Sequence record: SRR20825019_1458
Reading direction: 5' to 3' (one strand)
DNA length: 64,000 nucleotides
The notes beneath the pieces were generated by a model. The model was given only the letters and a program-made list of their open reading frames with translations, searched no databases and had not been told where the DNA came from. Below are positions 9,158 to 20,735 of the stretch, in pieces. The stretch's first letter is position 1, and each line of letters starts with the position of its first letter. The position numbers were made by a program, and so were the translations under genes.

Positions 9158-11011
9158 ATGGCTGAAGAGGCTAAACAGCAAAAAGACGACGCGCGGCAGG
9201 AAAACCACTGGAACACCGTAAAAAGTTTGCTTCCCTTCCTTTGGGCCAAAGGACGGACAGACTTGAAGGTGCGAGTTGTCGCAGCCCTGAGCCTGCTGGT
9301 TCTCGCTAAACTTCTTGGCGTTTACGTGCCCTTTCTCTTTAAGGACGCTGTTGATGCCTTGACTGGAAGCGGCGGCACTACCGACACTTCTACCCTGGTG
9401 CTGCTCGTACCAACAGGCCTCATACTGGGATATGGTACTGCTCGTGTGCTTAGCCAGCTCTTTGGTGAACTAAGAGACGCAATCTTTGTAAAAGTTGGGC
9501 AACATGCGCTTCGTCAGATCGCGCTTTCAACTTTCAGGCATCTGCACGCACTTTCCCTTCGTTTCCATCTGGAACGGCGCACGGGTGGCCTTAGTCGGGT
9601 GATTGAACGCGGCACACGAGGTATCGATTTCCTTCTTCGATTCATGCTATTCAATATCCTGCCAACATTGCTTGAGATTGTGCTGATCTCCAGTATCTTC
9701 TGGGCCAAATTTGGCTTCTATTATGCGCTCGTTACCTTCATCTGCCTTGCGAGTTATATCTACTTCACCATTGCAGTGACTGACTGGCGGCTCAAGTTCC
9801 GCCGTGAAATGAACGAGCAGGACACCAAAGCCAACACTAAAGCCATCGACAGTTTGCTCAACTTTGAAACGGTAAAGTATTTCACCAATGAAGAGCATGA
9901 GGCTACCCGCTACGATAAAGCCCTCGCGGGGTTCGAATCAGCCTCAGTTCGCAGCCAGATATCCCTCACACTCTTAAACGTCGGGCAGGGCCTCATCATT
10001 TCTGTTGGCCTCGTAATCGTTCTCATGATGGCAGCACAAGGGGTAGTGGACGGACGCTTCACCATTGGTGAGTTTGTGCTGGTGAACTCACTCCTCATCC
10101 AGATCTACATGCCGCTCAACTTCCTTGGATTTGTTTACAGGGAGATCAAACAATCGCTCGTGGATATGGAAAAAATGTTCGACATTATAGAGACAGAATC
10201 TGATGTCCGCGACAAAACTGAAACACGCGAACTGAAGGTAACTGGCGGGCAGGTTAGTTTTCGCGACGTGAGGTTCCACTACAATGACACCCGCCCGATC
10301 CTTAAAGGCATATCGTTTGATGTCCCTGCTGGCACCACCACGGCAATCGTAGGGGCTAGTGGGGCGGGGAAGTCCACAATCTCACGCATCCTTTTTCGCT
10401 TTTATGATGTATCGAGCGGTGAAATTTTAATCGATGAGCAAAATATTGCCGAGGTGACACAAACGAGCCTGCGCCAGCACATTGGCGTGGTGCCGCAGGA
10501 TACAGTGCTCTTCAATGACACCATCCAATACAACATCCATTATGGACGGCCGGGCGCAAGCGAAGCTGAGGTTTTTGAAGCTGCAAAGTTGGCGCATATT
10601 CACGATTTTATCGAGAGCTTACCGGAAGGGTATGGTGCTGAGGTTGGAGAGCGTGGGCTGAAGCTGTCGGGCGGTGAAAAGCAGCGCGTTGCAATCGCGC
10701 GTACCATCCTCAAAAATCCACCAATTCTTTTGCTGGACGAGGCAACTTCCGCGCTTGATGGTCACACTGAAAGAGATATTCAGGCTTCTCTCGACCGTAT
10801 TGCTGAGGGGCGCACTACTATCGTTATTGCCCACAGACTTTCAACAATTGTGAAGGCTGATGAAATTCTGGTGCTGGATGCGGGCGAAATTGCTGAACGC
10901 GGCAACCATGAAGCATTACTTAAACAGAATGGCCTGTACGCCCGCATGTGGCAGAAACAGCTTGAAGCATCTGCCGCGGAGGAAAAACTCGTGGAGCTCG
11001 AACAGCTTTAA
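9158..11011 (+). CDS. ABC transporter ATP-binding/permease, Atm1/HMT1-like
   Basis: LRFHLERRTGGLSRVIERG, DSLLNFETVKYF, GASGAGKST, LSGGEKQR, LLLDEATSALD; ATG at 9158 chosen over upstream TTG. Confidence 0.92.
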   Translation: MAEEAKQQKDDARQENHWNTVKSLLPFLWAKGRTDLKVRVVAALSLLVLAKLLGVYVPFLFKDAVDALTGSGGTTDTSTLVLLVPTGLILGYGTARVLSQLFGELRDAIFVKVGQHALRQIALSTFRHLHALSLRFHLERRTGGLSRVIERGTRGIDFLLRFMLFNILPTLLEIVLISSIFWAKFGFYYALVTFICLASYIYFTIAVTDWRLKFRREMNEQDTKANTKAIDSLLNFETVKYFTNEEHEATRYDKALAGFESASVRSQISLTLLNVGQGLIISVGLVIVLMMAAQGVVDGRFTIGEFVLVNSLLIQIYMPLNFLGFVYREIKQSLVDMEKMFDIIETESDVRDKTETRELKVTGGQVSFRDVRFHYNDTRPILKGISFDVPAGTTTAIVGASGAGKSTISRILFRFYDVSSGEILIDEQNIAEVTQTSLRQHIGVVPQDTVLFNDTIQYNIHYGRPGASEAEVFEAAKLAHIHDFIESLPEGYGAEVGERGLKLSGGEKQRVAIARTILKNPPILLLDEATSALDGHTERDIQASLDRIAEGRTTIVIAHRLSTIVKADEILVLDAGEIAERGNHEALLKQNGLYARMWQKQLEASAAEEKLVELEQL

Positions 11012-11422
11012 TCAGTGATGAACGCCGGCAACTGTCAGGCGCTGAACCAACTTATCCTTGCCAAAAGGCTTCAGGAGATAGCCCTTCACTCCAAGCTGTT
11101 TGGCTTGCTCGACAATCTTGTGGTCACGGCTGCTGGTAATGAAAATCACGGGAGTTCGCACCTTGTTTGGTGCATATCGCCCGCGTTGGTTGCTTTTGAA
11201 TTCCTTTACAAATTCAATTCCATTCATGCCATCCATCGAAATATCGCACAGGATGACGTCATAATCGTTGTGATCAAGCAAGTGAAGCGCATCCGAGCCG
11301 TCTTTTGCTTCGCCAAAGTTCTTGAAACCCACCTGAACAATCATGCGGGATACAAAGCTCATAGAAGTTGGGTCGTCTTCAACAATAAGTGCTGACTTCC
11401 CCGCAAACGATACCATATCCAT
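11012..11422 (-). CDS. single-domain response regulator (CheY-like)
   Basis: LIVEDD, CDISMDGMNG, FITS, YLLKPF. Confidence 0.88.
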   Translation of the reverse strand: MDMVSFAGKSALIVEDDPTSMSFVSRMIVQVGFKNFGEAKDGSDALHLLDHNDYDVILCDISMDGMNGIEFVKEFKSNQRGRYAPNKVRTPVIFITSSRDHKIVEQAKQLGVKGYLLKPFGKDKLVQRLTVAGVHH

Positions 11423-11503
11423 AGTGCCCCCAATATCCGACGTGCCGTGTAGTTTTTGTTTTATCTTTTATATATCGGTACTTTGCAGTGTTCAAATACA
11501 CTA

Positions 11504-14071
11504 TCAGCCTTCCGCATGTGTCCATCTGACGCTCATCAGGAAATTATGGACGACTTTGAATTTCTTGCTTACTTCCTGAGCAAGAATTGTGGCTGTTTCA
11601 TAGTTCTGTTTAGCAATGTGAAGTTCAATGTTGCTGCAGTGAGCGCCAAACTCGAGCGCGCCCATAGCGCTTGCACCGCCTGAAAGACGATGCGCGCTGC
11701 GTGACGCTTCGTCCCACAACCGCAGCATTATAGCCTCTTCTAGCTGAGCAATCAGTACTGGTTGATCGTCCAGATATCCAAAGACCATGTCTCGGAACTC
11801 GGCCGTAAGCCCGTCAAAGACTTCAAGCATTACGCTCAGATCAACCCCGACCTTACGTCCATCATCGATCACCTCCTCATCCGACCGGAGAACAGGCGTT
11901 TTCCTTGTCGGCGTCTGCGGGTCGGTCTTCACGTATTCAATCAATATGCGGTCCAGATCGGCCTGATTGATTGGCTTTGAAAGGAACTCATTCATCCCAA
12001 CGGCGAGGCAGCGATCGATTTCTTCCTTCATAACACCCGCACTCAAGGCAATAATCGGCGTAAAGGTTCCTTCAATGGCTTCCATGTCTCGTACCCGGCG
12101 AGTGAACTCAAAACCGTCCATCTCCGGCATGAAACAATCACTCAGGATCAGGTCATATCGTTCGCCACGCTCCAGCCGCGTCAATGCCTCACGCCCGTTT
12201 TCACAAAGCACAGGCATGCAGCCGCGCTGTTTGAGCAGCTTGGAGATAACAACTCGGTTGGTGCGCGAATCTTCAACAATCAACACCGTAGCATTATCGA
12301 GCCGAACTTTGGTTTCATAGGCCGCGCCAATGCGGTAAGGCCGGTCGTACGCCGCAGGCCCCGAAAGGCTTTTTGACGGCTGGCGCGGGTTAAGCATATC
12401 CGCAACGCCGCGCATCAGTAGGTTTGGCCTTAGTGGCTTGTAGGTGAAATGAGAGACCCCTTCATTTCGACACCTCTCAATGAGCGATATGCTGTTCCGC
12501 CGCACCATAACAAGCACTGGCGTTTCGGCAAGGCCGGGATAATCTTGCATACCGCGAATGGCTCTCAGGCAGTGCATGCCATCCACCACTTCATTCATCA
12601 CCACACCATCGAATATCTTGCCGCTGGTTTCAGTGGTGGCAAACTCGAAAAAATCATCAGCGCTTTTGAAGGCCGCAGCATGTGCCCCGTGTTGCTCAAG
12701 CGTTTTCGCACTCACGCGAGACAGTTCATTGACGTCACCAACGATAGCAAAACGGCGGTCTTTCAGCTCCTGGCGGCTTTCGGGCGCCAGAAGGTCGACT
12801 GGTATCTGAATATCGAACCAGAAGGTCGCCCCGTTTCCCAAATTACTGTTCACGCCAATACGCCCACCCATCAATTCAACGAGGCGACGCGAGATAGCGA
12901 GGCCAAGCCCTGTGCCACCAAACTGGCTGGCTGTGGTGTCTTCAGCTTGTTCAAACGCATTAAACAATCGTTTTTGTTGCTCAGGCGTAATGCCAATGCC
13001 CGTATCTTCCACAAGGAAGCGGATAGAAGCCTCGCTTCTATCCGGTGTCATGGCAACATTTTCCACGCGTACAATCACGTGACCATGGCGTGTGAATTTT
13101 ACGGCATTGCCAGCAAGGTTGATCAGTATCTGTTTTAGCCGCACAGGGTCTGCGGAAACTACATCCGGGACATCCGGCGCAATCTCCATAATGATTTCCA
13201 GATCTTTCTGCCATGCACGCGGTGCGATCACATCAACGACCGAAGCCACAATTTCTTCAATCGCGGTTGGCGTTGGTGCCAGCTTGAGCTTGCCGGCCTC
13301 CATCTTGGAGAAATCCAGTATGTCATTGATGATCGTGAGCAGCATGGACGCGCTGTCAGAGCAGGTGTCCACAAGCTCAAGCTGATCCGGTGTCAATTCA
13401 GTCACCCGCAATAGGTCAAGCATGCCGATCACACCGTTCATAGGCGTGCGTATCTCATGGCTCATGGATGCGAGGAAAAGCGATTTGGCTTCACTTTGTG
13501 CTTTTGCTGCGGCTCGTTCCTGCCTGCTACGCTGAAGGTCATGAAGGTCGGAGAAATTTCTCAAGGCAGAGGCAACCGTTGTTATCAGCCTGTCATGGGT
13601 CAGTTCAGCTTTTGAACGATAATCATTGATCTCATACTTCATCATCACATCACGCTCAGGAGCATACCCCGGTTGCCCGGTACGCAATACAATACGCATT
13701 TTACTGTCTGCACGAGTATGCCGGATGTGATTAACAAGCTCTAACCCAGCCTGATTGCTTTCCATCACCACATCGACGAGCGCGACCGCAACCTGACCGC
13801 TCTGGGCCAAAATCTCTTCTGCTTCCTTCGCTGAATAGGCGTGTAGCATCTGAATAGGACGGCCTCGGAAAGTGAAGCCCTTCAGGCCAAATTTGGTTAC
13901 GGCATGGACACCGTCATCATCGTCGACAATGAGCATTAACCACGGTTTTTCTGTCCGCTCAGCAGGAGCAGGGAGCGCATCTTCTTGGGCAGGACTATCC
14001 TCCGCGAACAATAGCTCATCGCTGTCGTCCGAGAAATTTTTAGTTTCTCTGCCCTCTACCTGATCTGCCAT
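11504..14071 (-). CDS. cytoplasmic hybrid sensor histidine kinase (REC-HisKA-HATPase-REC-REC-Hpt)
   Basis: IVDDD receiver, FLASMSHEIRTPMNG, NLAGNAVKFT, DTGIG, GGTGLGL, C-terminal AHRLSG Hpt; start set to MADQVEG at 14071. Confidence 0.9.
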   Translation of the reverse strand: MADQVEGRETKNFSDDSDELLFAEDSPAQEDALPAPAERTEKPWLMLIVDDDDGVHAVTKFGLKGFTFRGRPIQMLHAYSAKEAEEILAQSGQVAVALVDVVMESNQAGLELVNHIRHTRADSKMRIVLRTGQPGYAPERDVMMKYEINDYRSKAELTHDRLITTVASALRNFSDLHDLQRSRQERAAAKAQSEAKSLFLASMSHEIRTPMNGVIGMLDLLRVTELTPDQLELVDTCSDSASMLLTIINDILDFSKMEAGKLKLAPTPTAIEEIVASVVDVIAPRAWQKDLEIIMEIAPDVPDVVSADPVRLKQILINLAGNAVKFTRHGHVIVRVENVAMTPDRSEASIRFLVEDTGIGITPEQQKRLFNAFEQAEDTTASQFGGTGLGLAISRRLVELMGGRIGVNSNLGNGATFWFDIQIPVDLLAPESRQELKDRRFAIVGDVNELSRVSAKTLEQHGAHAAAFKSADDFFEFATTETSGKIFDGVVMNEVVDGMHCLRAIRGMQDYPGLAETPVLVMVRRNSISLIERCRNEGVSHFTYKPLRPNLLMRGVADMLNPRQPSKSLSGPAAYDRPYRIGAAYETKVRLDNATVLIVEDSRTNRVVISKLLKQRGCMPVLCENGREALTRLERGERYDLILSDCFMPEMDGFEFTRRVRDMEAIEGTFTPIIALSAGVMKEEIDRCLAVGMNEFLSKPINQADLDRILIEYVKTDPQTPTRKTPVLRSDEEVIDDGRKVGVDLSVMLEVFDGLTAEFRDMVFGYLDDQPVLIAQLEEAIMLRLWDEASRSAHRLSGGASAMGALEFGAHCSNIELHIAKQNYETATILAQEVSKKFKVVHNFLMSVRWTHAEG

Positions 14072-14279
14072 CCTGGCTGCCCCTAAAACACCTGCCCATT
14101 CAATCCACCGGCACAAAGTGCAGATTTCTTGGCCCATTGTCAAAAATAAAGCGCGACTATCAGCGTATTTCAACTCAGGATTTTCGATGCTAAGTCCTTG
14201 CCGTTGCAGTTTTTTATATATCGCTTCATGTTCACAGGAAGAGCCTGCTATTCTCTCGCCAACACAAAGGGGGGCACAT

Positions 14280-15584
14280 ATGACCAAAAAGAAGATCGCA
14301 ATTATCGGTGGTGGTTTGGGCGGCGTTAGTGCTGCGCTTGCGCTTTCGAGCACCCCCGCGCTTCGCTCGCGATTTGATGTAACACTCTACAGTCAGGGTT
14401 GGAGACTGGGCGGAAAGGGAGCCAGCGGCCGCAATCAGGAGGAAGGTGAACGCATAGAAGAACACGGCTTACATGTTTTTCTCGGGTTTTACGACACAGC
14501 CTTCAGTGTGATGCAGCAAACCTATGCTGAGTGGAACAAGCCGGTAAATTACGCCTTTCAGAACTGGAAAGAAGCTTTTGATCCACAATACTCCATGACA
14601 TTGATGCAGGATTTTCCAACCCTGCTTGGTGACAGATGGGAGCCGTGGATATTCAATTTACCACAAACACCGGGCGAACCCGGTAATGCAACCGCTCTCG
14701 ATGCCAATATCTATATTCCCCGTATTTTGCAGCATATCACCAAGAATCTGCTGCCCGAACTTCAGGAACACGAGGCGCTGGCAACACTCAAAGAACTCAG
14801 CGGTTTTGACAGACTGGACCTTATTCTCGACCTGCTGGCAGTGTTTGATGCGCTCAATTCGCAGCTAGTTTCTAAGCTGATTACACTTCTTGAAGACCTC
14901 CTGCATTGGTTTCAGACATATGTTGAACCGATAGCGCTCAATTTCACCGCTGGCTGGAAGATAAGCTGTCTTGTGGATTTTGGCCTGACCTTTGTCATTG
15001 GTCTTTTGAAAGACGTAGTCCCATATGGTCAGGCTGGTTTTGATCGCATCAACGACCAGGACTTTAAAGATTGGCTCGCCGCAAATGGTCTTGGTGAAGC
15101 GTTCCATTTCTCAGCACCAGTACGATCCCTATATGACCTTACATTCGCCTATATCCTTGGCAAGACCAAAGACGAGGAAAGGACTGCCTCCATGTCGGCT
15201 GGCGCTGCGGCCAACGTTATGATTTTGCTGTTCTTTGGCTACAAAGATGCCCCAATATGGAAGATGCGGGCAGGCATGGGCGACACCGTATTTACCCCCA
15301 TCTACGAGACGTTGAAACAGCGCGGTGTGAAGATCGAGCTCTTCCATCGTTTTCAAGCCCTTGACGTTTCAGAGGATGGCAGTTCGATCCAGGCCTTGCA
15401 TTTCTGGCGTCAGGTAGACCTCAAGGATGGCAGTTATAATCCGCTCATTACTGTGCCCTATGGGGATAATAAACAGTTTCTCTATTGCTGGCCGTCCGCC
15501 CCCCTTTGGGACCAAATAGTGGGAGACCAAGACACCGCGGCAATTGCGGGAAACCTTGAGTCTATATCAAGCGACTACCATGTG
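14280..15584 (+). pseudogene. FAD/NAD(P)-binding oxidoreductase (desaturase/amine oxidase-like), 5' part, interrupted by transposon
   Basis: IAIIGGGLGG Rossmann motif, GWRLGGKGASGR..EEHGLH.F.GFY; frame runs into the transposon IR after ATGTG and resumes at 30922. Confidence 0.88.
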
Positions 15585-15622
15585 GGGGTAATGACCGGGT
15601 AGCTGTGAAATTGGCCATATTC
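15585..15622 (+). repeat. left inverted repeat of Tn3-family element
   Basis: GGGGTAATGACCGGGTAGCTGTGAAATTGGCCATATTC. Confidence 0.9.
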
Positions 15623-15653
15623 TTCTTTTGAAGGTTCAGGAGATTGCAATGGA

Positions 15654-15680
15654 CTGAATCTGCTGAATCTGCTGAATCTG
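15654..15680 (+). repeat. 9-bp tandem repeat x3 in tnpA leader
   Basis: (CTGAATCTG)3 read directly. Confidence 0.85.
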
Positions 15681-15745
15681 TTGTTAGAAGGCGAAACAGG
15701 TTATGCTCCCCCACTTGTGAAGTGGCTCGTGCGGGGAGGAATAAT

Positions 15746-18676
15746 GTGAAACAGGTCTGGGATGATAGTGAACTTGCGATTCATTGGAATTTGAAGACTG
15801 ATGAGGAAATTCTATTCAAAGGAAAATCGGCACACGCCCGGCTTGGGATAGCCTTGCAGCTAAAGTATTATCAGGTCTACGGCCGCTTTCCTAAGAAGGC
15901 TTTGGATTTTGCGTCACAAATAGTTCGTCATGTCTCAGATCAACTAGGAATTACGTTCGAAAGCATCTCGTCTTACGACTGGGAGGCCAGAAGCGCCCGA
16001 CGGCACAGGCAGGATATTCTCAAATTTTTAGGCGTTAGGCGAATAACGGCAAAAGATCGGCAGCAACTAATCACATGGCTTTGTAATCACGTTTTCGCCG
16101 AAGGAACTGAGCCCAACGAAGCATTTGATCAGGCGTGCTCATATCTGTTAGACAGAAAACTGCAGAGCCCCTCCGCCAAAGAGCTTGATCGCTTGATACG
16201 GTCGACTCATAATCGTTTTCTTCAGAGTTTCCATCGAGACATTGCTGCAAGGCTGCCTAGCGCAATGCGTGAAGCGGTTGAGGCCACCTTGGAAAATTCT
16301 GACGCGCCAAAAGGATTCAATGGGTTGAAAGCTGACCCAGGCCGGGTCAGCCTGGACAATATTTTACGCACGTGCAGCCAACTTCAGTTCATTCGATCCT
16401 TGCGACTTTCAAGGGCCACCTTTGGCGGTGTCAGTACAAAATTCCTCAAACGCTTGAAACAGATGGCCAGCAATGACACGGCATGGGACATGAAGCAGCG
16501 TCCTATTGATCGACGACACTCTCTTTGTTCGATTTACTATTGTTTCCGTGGACGGGAAATTACTGATGGCCTGATCGATCTCCTTTTGGAAACAATCCAT
16601 AAAATCGACGCAAGCGCGCAACGGAAAGTCATGAAGGAATTGATGGCTGACTTTCAGAAGGTTTACGGCAAGGAACGTTTACTGTTTGAAATTGCCGATG
16701 CTGCCCTAACCGACCCAGATGGAGCCGTCTGCGACGTGGTTTTCCCGGTCGCTAATCCAGACGTCCTGACCAATCTGGTGAAGGAGTACAAGTCGTCTGG
16801 TCCTGGCTATAAAAAGAAGGTGCATACAGTCCTTCGCGCGTCCTACGGCAATCACTACCGGAAGATGCTTCCGGCCATCCTTGAAGTTCTGGAGTTTCGT
16901 TCAAACAATGTTGCATACCGCCCCCTCCTTGATGCTCTTGACTGGATCAAACGAATGCGCGCAGACAACCGTCGCTTTATCCAGTTGGATGAAGGCTTGC
17001 CGATTGACGGGGTGGTTCCCAAAAAATGGCGAGAGGTCATCATCGAGCATGACGCGACCAGCGGTCCGCGGATTAACCGGATCAACTATGAAATCTGCGC
17101 TCTACAAACCCTTCGGGAACGGATTCGCTGCAAAGAAGTCTGGGTTGTCGGCGCAGATCGCTACCGTAATCCGGATGAAGACTTGCCCGGTGATTTTGAA
17201 GAGCGGCGACCGAAATATTATGAACTGCTGGAGCAGCCCATGGATGCTGGTGAGTTTGTTGCCCATGTGAAGAAAGATATGGATCGAACACTATTTGAGC
17301 TGAATGCCAGCATGCCGAGGAACCAGAAAGTTTCACTGCGCACCAACCACAAGAACAGAATTTGCGTGTCTCCTCTTGAGCCGCAACCTGAACCGCAGGG
17401 AATTGCGCCGATCAAAGCTGAGCTCGCCAAACGGTGGCCTATGACAGGTTTGCTGGATGTGTTGAAGGAATCTGACCTGCGGATCGGCTTCAGTGATTTG
17501 TTCCAGACATCGGGCAACAGGGAAATTCTTGACCGCGAAACCATTCAAAAGCGACTACTGTTATGTCTTTATGCCATGGGTACAAATGCTGGCCTGAAAC
17601 GGATCAGCGCCGGACCGCACGGCGTCAGCTACAAGGAGTTGCTGCATATCAGGCGCCGCTTCATCAACAAGGATGCGCTGAGAAACGCGATCAGCCATGT
17701 TGCCAACGCGATATTCGCAATACGAAATCCAGAGATTTGGGGCGAAGGCACGACATCCTGTGCATCGGATTCCAAGAAATTCGGCGCCTGGGACCAGAAC
17801 TTGATGACGGAATGGCATATCCGCTATGGCGGTCGTGGTGTGATGATTTATTGGCATGTCGAAAAGAAATCGACCTGCATTTATTCGCAACTCAAGCGGT
17901 GTTCGTCATCAGAGGTAGCCTCAATGATCGAGGGGGTTCTCAAACATTGCACCGACATGGAAATCGATCGCCAATATGTGGATAGCCACGGCCAAAGCGA
18001 AGTGGCCTTTGCCTTCTGTCATATGCTTGGGTTCGATCTGCTGCCTCGGTTGAAAGCCATCAGTCGTCAGAAGCTTTATTTGTCAGATGCAGGCAAACGC
18101 CAAAACTATGGCCATCTGGATCCTATCCTCACGCGCCCGATCAACTGGGGGCTTATCGAGCAACAATATGATGAAATCGTAAAGTTTGCAGCGGCCATGA
18201 AGCTTGGCACTGCGGAGCCGGAAGCCATTCTGCGACGTTTCACACGTTCGAACGTTCAGCACCCGACCTATAAGGCCCTCACGGAGCTTGGCAAAGCCAT
18301 CAAAACCATCTTTCTGGCTAGATATCTGGCATCTGAGGAACTCAGGCGGGAAATTCACGAAGGACTGAATGTGGTTGAGAACTGGAACAGTGCGAACTCG
18401 TTTATCTTTTTCGGGAAAGGTGGCGAGGTGGCAACAAACCGGCTGGAAGAACAGGAATTGTCTGTTTTGTCGCTACACCTTCTCCAGATTAGCCTCGTCT
18501 ACGTTAACACGCTGATGATGCAACGGGTGCTGGCAGATCCTGGATGGTTCCGTACGTTGACCGCAGCAGACCGGCGTGCCATCACGCCGCTGATCTATGG
18601 GCACATAAATCCTTATGGCATTTTTGATCTCGATATGTCCAAGAGGCTCGATCTTGATATTCTGGCAGCAGCGTAG
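15746..18676 (+). CDS. tnpA: Tn3 family transposase
   Basis: about 976 aa; GGAGG RBS before GTG 15746; [43 protein letters not shown]-region motifs. Confidence 0.94.
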   Translation: MKQVWDDSELAIHWNLKTDEEILFKGKSAHARLGIALQLKYYQVYGRFPKKALDFASQIVRHVSDQLGITFESISSYDWEARSARRHRQDILKFLGVRRITAKDRQQLITWLCNHVFAEGTEPNEAFDQACSYLLDRKLQSPSAKELDRLIRSTHNRFLQSFHRDIAARLPSAMREAVEATLENSDAPKGFNGLKADPGRVSLDNILRTCSQLQFIRSLRLSRATFGGVSTKFLKRLKQMASNDTAWDMKQRPIDRRHSLCSIYYCFRGREITDGLIDLLLETIHKIDASAQRKVMKELMADFQKVYGKERLLFEIADAALTDPDGAVCDVVFPVANPDVLTNLVKEYKSSGPGYKKKVHTVLRASYGNHYRKMLPAILEVLEFRSNNVAYRPLLDALDWIKRMRADNRRFIQLDEGLPIDGVVPKKWREVIIEHDATSGPRINRINYEICALQTLRERIRCKEVWVVGADRYRNPDEDLPGDFEERRPKYYELLEQPMDAGEFVAHVKKDMDRTLFELNASMPRNQKVSLRTNHKNRICVSPLEPQPEPQGIAPIKAELAKRWPMTGLLDVLKESDLRIGFSDLFQTSGNREILDRETIQKRLLLCLYAMGTNAGLKRISAGPHGVSYKELLHIRRRFINKDALRNAISHVANAIFAIRNPEIWGEGTTSCASDSKKFGAWDQNLMTEWHIRYGGRGVMIYWHVEKKSTCIYSQLKRCSSSEVASMIEGVLKHCTDMEIDRQYVDSHGQSEVAFAFCHMLGFDLLPRLKAISRQKLYLSDAGKRQNYGHLDPILTRPINWGLIEQQYDEIVKFAAAMKLGTAEPEAILRRFTRSNVQHPTYKALTELGKAIKTIFLARYLASEELRREIHEGLNVVENWNSANSFIFFGKGGEVATNRLEEQELSVLSLHLLQISLVYVNTLMMQRVLADPGWFRTLTAADRRAITPLIYGHINPYGIFDLDMSKRLDLDILAAA

Positions 18677-18805
18677 CCCGCGCCGAACCAACGTTCGCCT
18701 TCCTACTTCATAAACTCTGGGGTGCATGCCCGCCGAGAGTGCTATTCCTTTGGATGGTCTGTTGGAGCGAACCTTGGCCATTCTTCCTGTATGCTAGTTT
18801 CACCT

Positions 18806-18849
18806 CGCGAGCAAAATTTGAACCTACGATCTTCAGGTTATGCGCCTGA
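18806..18849 (-). pseudogene. degenerate 3' half of tRNA-Met(CAT), att-site relic
   Basis: minus strand reads TCAGGCGCATAACCTGAAGATCGTAGGTTCAAATTTTGCTC, close to the anticodon and T arms of initiator tRNA-Met; no 5' half. Confidence 0.65.
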
Positions 18850-19229
18850 TTGATATATGTATAACTATTTGACTTTACCTACATAATTTAAATCTAAGAA
18901 AATTCGTGTGTGCAATTTAGCGTGAGTCCCGTGATTCGAAACACTCATTTAAAGGCCTTTCAGGCGCAATCCGCTATATTTTGCTCACTCATCCTCGAAA
19001 CAACATTCATCTTAGTTCTAGAAGGAAATTCATACTCTTTGGCTAAAAACTCACAGTACGGGCTGTTAGGTTAGCAAGTACAAAGCTGGCAGCAAAATAA
19101 TTTCAAACGCAGTGTCGTTAGTTCGAAAAAAAGTGATCGGGCGCATCTTTGGGAAGGATGACCTGCTTACAGGAGAGAAAACAGAATTTCTCGTCGCCCG
19201 ATCACAGCTTGGGTACCTTAGCAAATAAT

Positions 19230-19245
19230 TGTTTCCATGGAAACA
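19230..19245. promoter_or_regulatory. palindromic operator, probable MarR site 1
   Basis: perfect palindrome TGTTTCCATGGAAACA upstream of the thioesterase; near-identical copy at 20672. Confidence 0.7.
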
Positions 19246-19298
19246 TATAATTGATATGACCATGTGGTGAAGTATTTTTTCCCAATATCGAGGGGTCT

Positions 19299-20186
19299 AT
19301 GACAAAGTTAGGACAGTTTGAGCGATCTTTTGATGATAACTCACATCCTTTGTTTTCTCACCTGAAGCTTCGCGACGTTAGCGCAGGCGGTGCGCAGGTA
19401 CGCGCACGCCTTCCCTATCAGGAAAGTTTCAGTGACGGGGCGGATAAGGGACTGGCCAAAGGTTGGTCGGTCATCACGCTGGACACACTTCTTGGCATGG
19501 CTGTCTATGGCCGATTGCAAGAAACCAGGCCGATTGCAACCATCGACCTTGCTGTTGACTATCTGGAGCCTGCCGGTAACGGGGCAGATTTAATCTGTGA
19601 GGCAAATTGCCACGACATCAAGGACAATATTGCCTTTGTCAGCGGCCATGTCAGAGATGGACGGGATGGTCATCAGATAGCTAAGGTCAATGCCAAGTTC
19701 ATCATTAAAAATCCTCCAAAACCGCAAGGAGAGCAAGGTTCGTCGCAGTACAAACCGCAGCCGTGGGTTTTGCCGCAGGCAACATTGTGCGCTGGCTTCG
19801 AGAAGCTGAAGTCCAACGTTCCTTTTGCCAACTGGCTCAACCCTGAGCGTTACACCTTCGACGGTAATGCTGTTTTCGCGCTTGAATTCAACAACAGCCA
19901 TATCGGCGACCCATACGCTCGTACCGTCCATGGCGGCATCTTGACAAGCCTGATGGAAACGGCAGCGGCGGGCACTCTTGCGATTGATAAAAACGCCAAG
20001 GAACTTGCTGACCCACTGTCACTGAAAGTACAGTTCCTGCGTCCGACCGGAGCGCGCAGCACTTATGCATCTGCGTCGATCATGCGCGCCGGGAAAAATA
20101 TTATTATAGTTGATGCGCGCGCATGGCAGGAAAGTCCCGCCAAACCGGCAGCCAGAGCCACGTTTCTGTTTAAGGGGAAAGAGTAA
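19299..20186 (+). CDS. tandem PaaI/hotdog-fold thioesterase
   Basis: two hotdog halves: ATIDLAVDYLEPA and VHGGILTSLMETAA..LKVQFLRP. Confidence 0.8.
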   Translation: MTKLGQFERSFDDNSHPLFSHLKLRDVSAGGAQVRARLPYQESFSDGADKGLAKGWSVITLDTLLGMAVYGRLQETRPIATIDLAVDYLEPAGNGADLICEANCHDIKDNIAFVSGHVRDGRDGHQIAKVNAKFIIKNPPKPQGEQGSSQYKPQPWVLPQATLCAGFEKLKSNVPFANWLNPERYTFDGNAVFALEFNNSHIGDPYARTVHGGILTSLMETAAAGTLAIDKNAKELADPLSLKVQFLRPTGARSTYASASIMRAGKNIIIVDARAWQESPAKPAARATFLFKGKE

Positions 20187-20205
20187 GGCCAGAATCGGCT
20201 CTACT

Positions 20206-20652
20206 TTAATCCTGCTCAACTTCGCTCAATAGTCGCTGCTTGGCATCTACTAGAAAATCAATGATCCCTTCTCTTTTTTCTTCTGCCAAGTCGCCCCAAA
20301 TATAGGCGAATAAATCCTCCGCTTCATTTTGTAATGTCGGCAGGATATGTTGAATTTTATCAGTCAAATAAATTCTATTCGCACGCTTGTCGGTGTCGTC
20401 GGGCAAACGTTGCACCCAGTTACCTTTTTCAAGCCGAGACAGCATTTTTGAAAGCGGGGCACGCGCCATATCCATCTGATCGGCCAGCTGCTGCTGGGTC
20501 AGGCCGTCACACCGGCGCAGGTTCGCAAGCGCAAACCATTGGGCGGGCGTCAACCCAGCGTCTTTGATACGGCGATCATAAGCACATTTCATCAGTCGAG
20601 CGACATCCTGGATAAGAAAACCGAAATTTCTGTCATAATTTTCCATAGTCAA
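20206..20652 (-). CDS. MarR family transcriptional regulator
   Basis: GLTPAQW, LTQQQLA, LEKGNWVQR..D..DKRANRIYLT. Confidence 0.9.
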   Translation of the reverse strand: MTMENYDRNFGFLIQDVARLMKCAYDRRIKDAGLTPAQWFALANLRRCDGLTQQQLADQMDMARAPLSKMLSRLEKGNWVQRLPDDTDKRANRIYLTDKIQHILPTLQNEAEDLFAYIWGDLAEEKREGIIDFLVDAKQRLLSEVEQD

Positions 20653-20666
20653 TCTTTATCATTAAA

Positions 20667-20692
20667 AATATTGTATCCATGGAAACAATATT
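20667..20692. promoter_or_regulatory. palindromic operator, probable MarR site 2
   Basis: AATATTGTATCCATGGAAACAATATT between divergent marR and efflux genes. Confidence 0.72.
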
Positions 20693-20735
20693 ATAGCCTG
20701 CAGGTAAAATAAACACATATCAGGAACGACAGCTA

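Noticed and set aside
14072-14353. Overlapping N-terminal extensions of ORFs 11504-14353 and 14118-15602
   Set aside because: Better starts at 14071 and 14280 remove the overlap and leave a normal divergent spacer
15644-15745. Upstream TTG start of tnpA that includes the ESAESAES repeat
   Set aside because: Strong RBS precedes GTG 15746; the 9-bp repeat is likely untranslated and cannot shift frame
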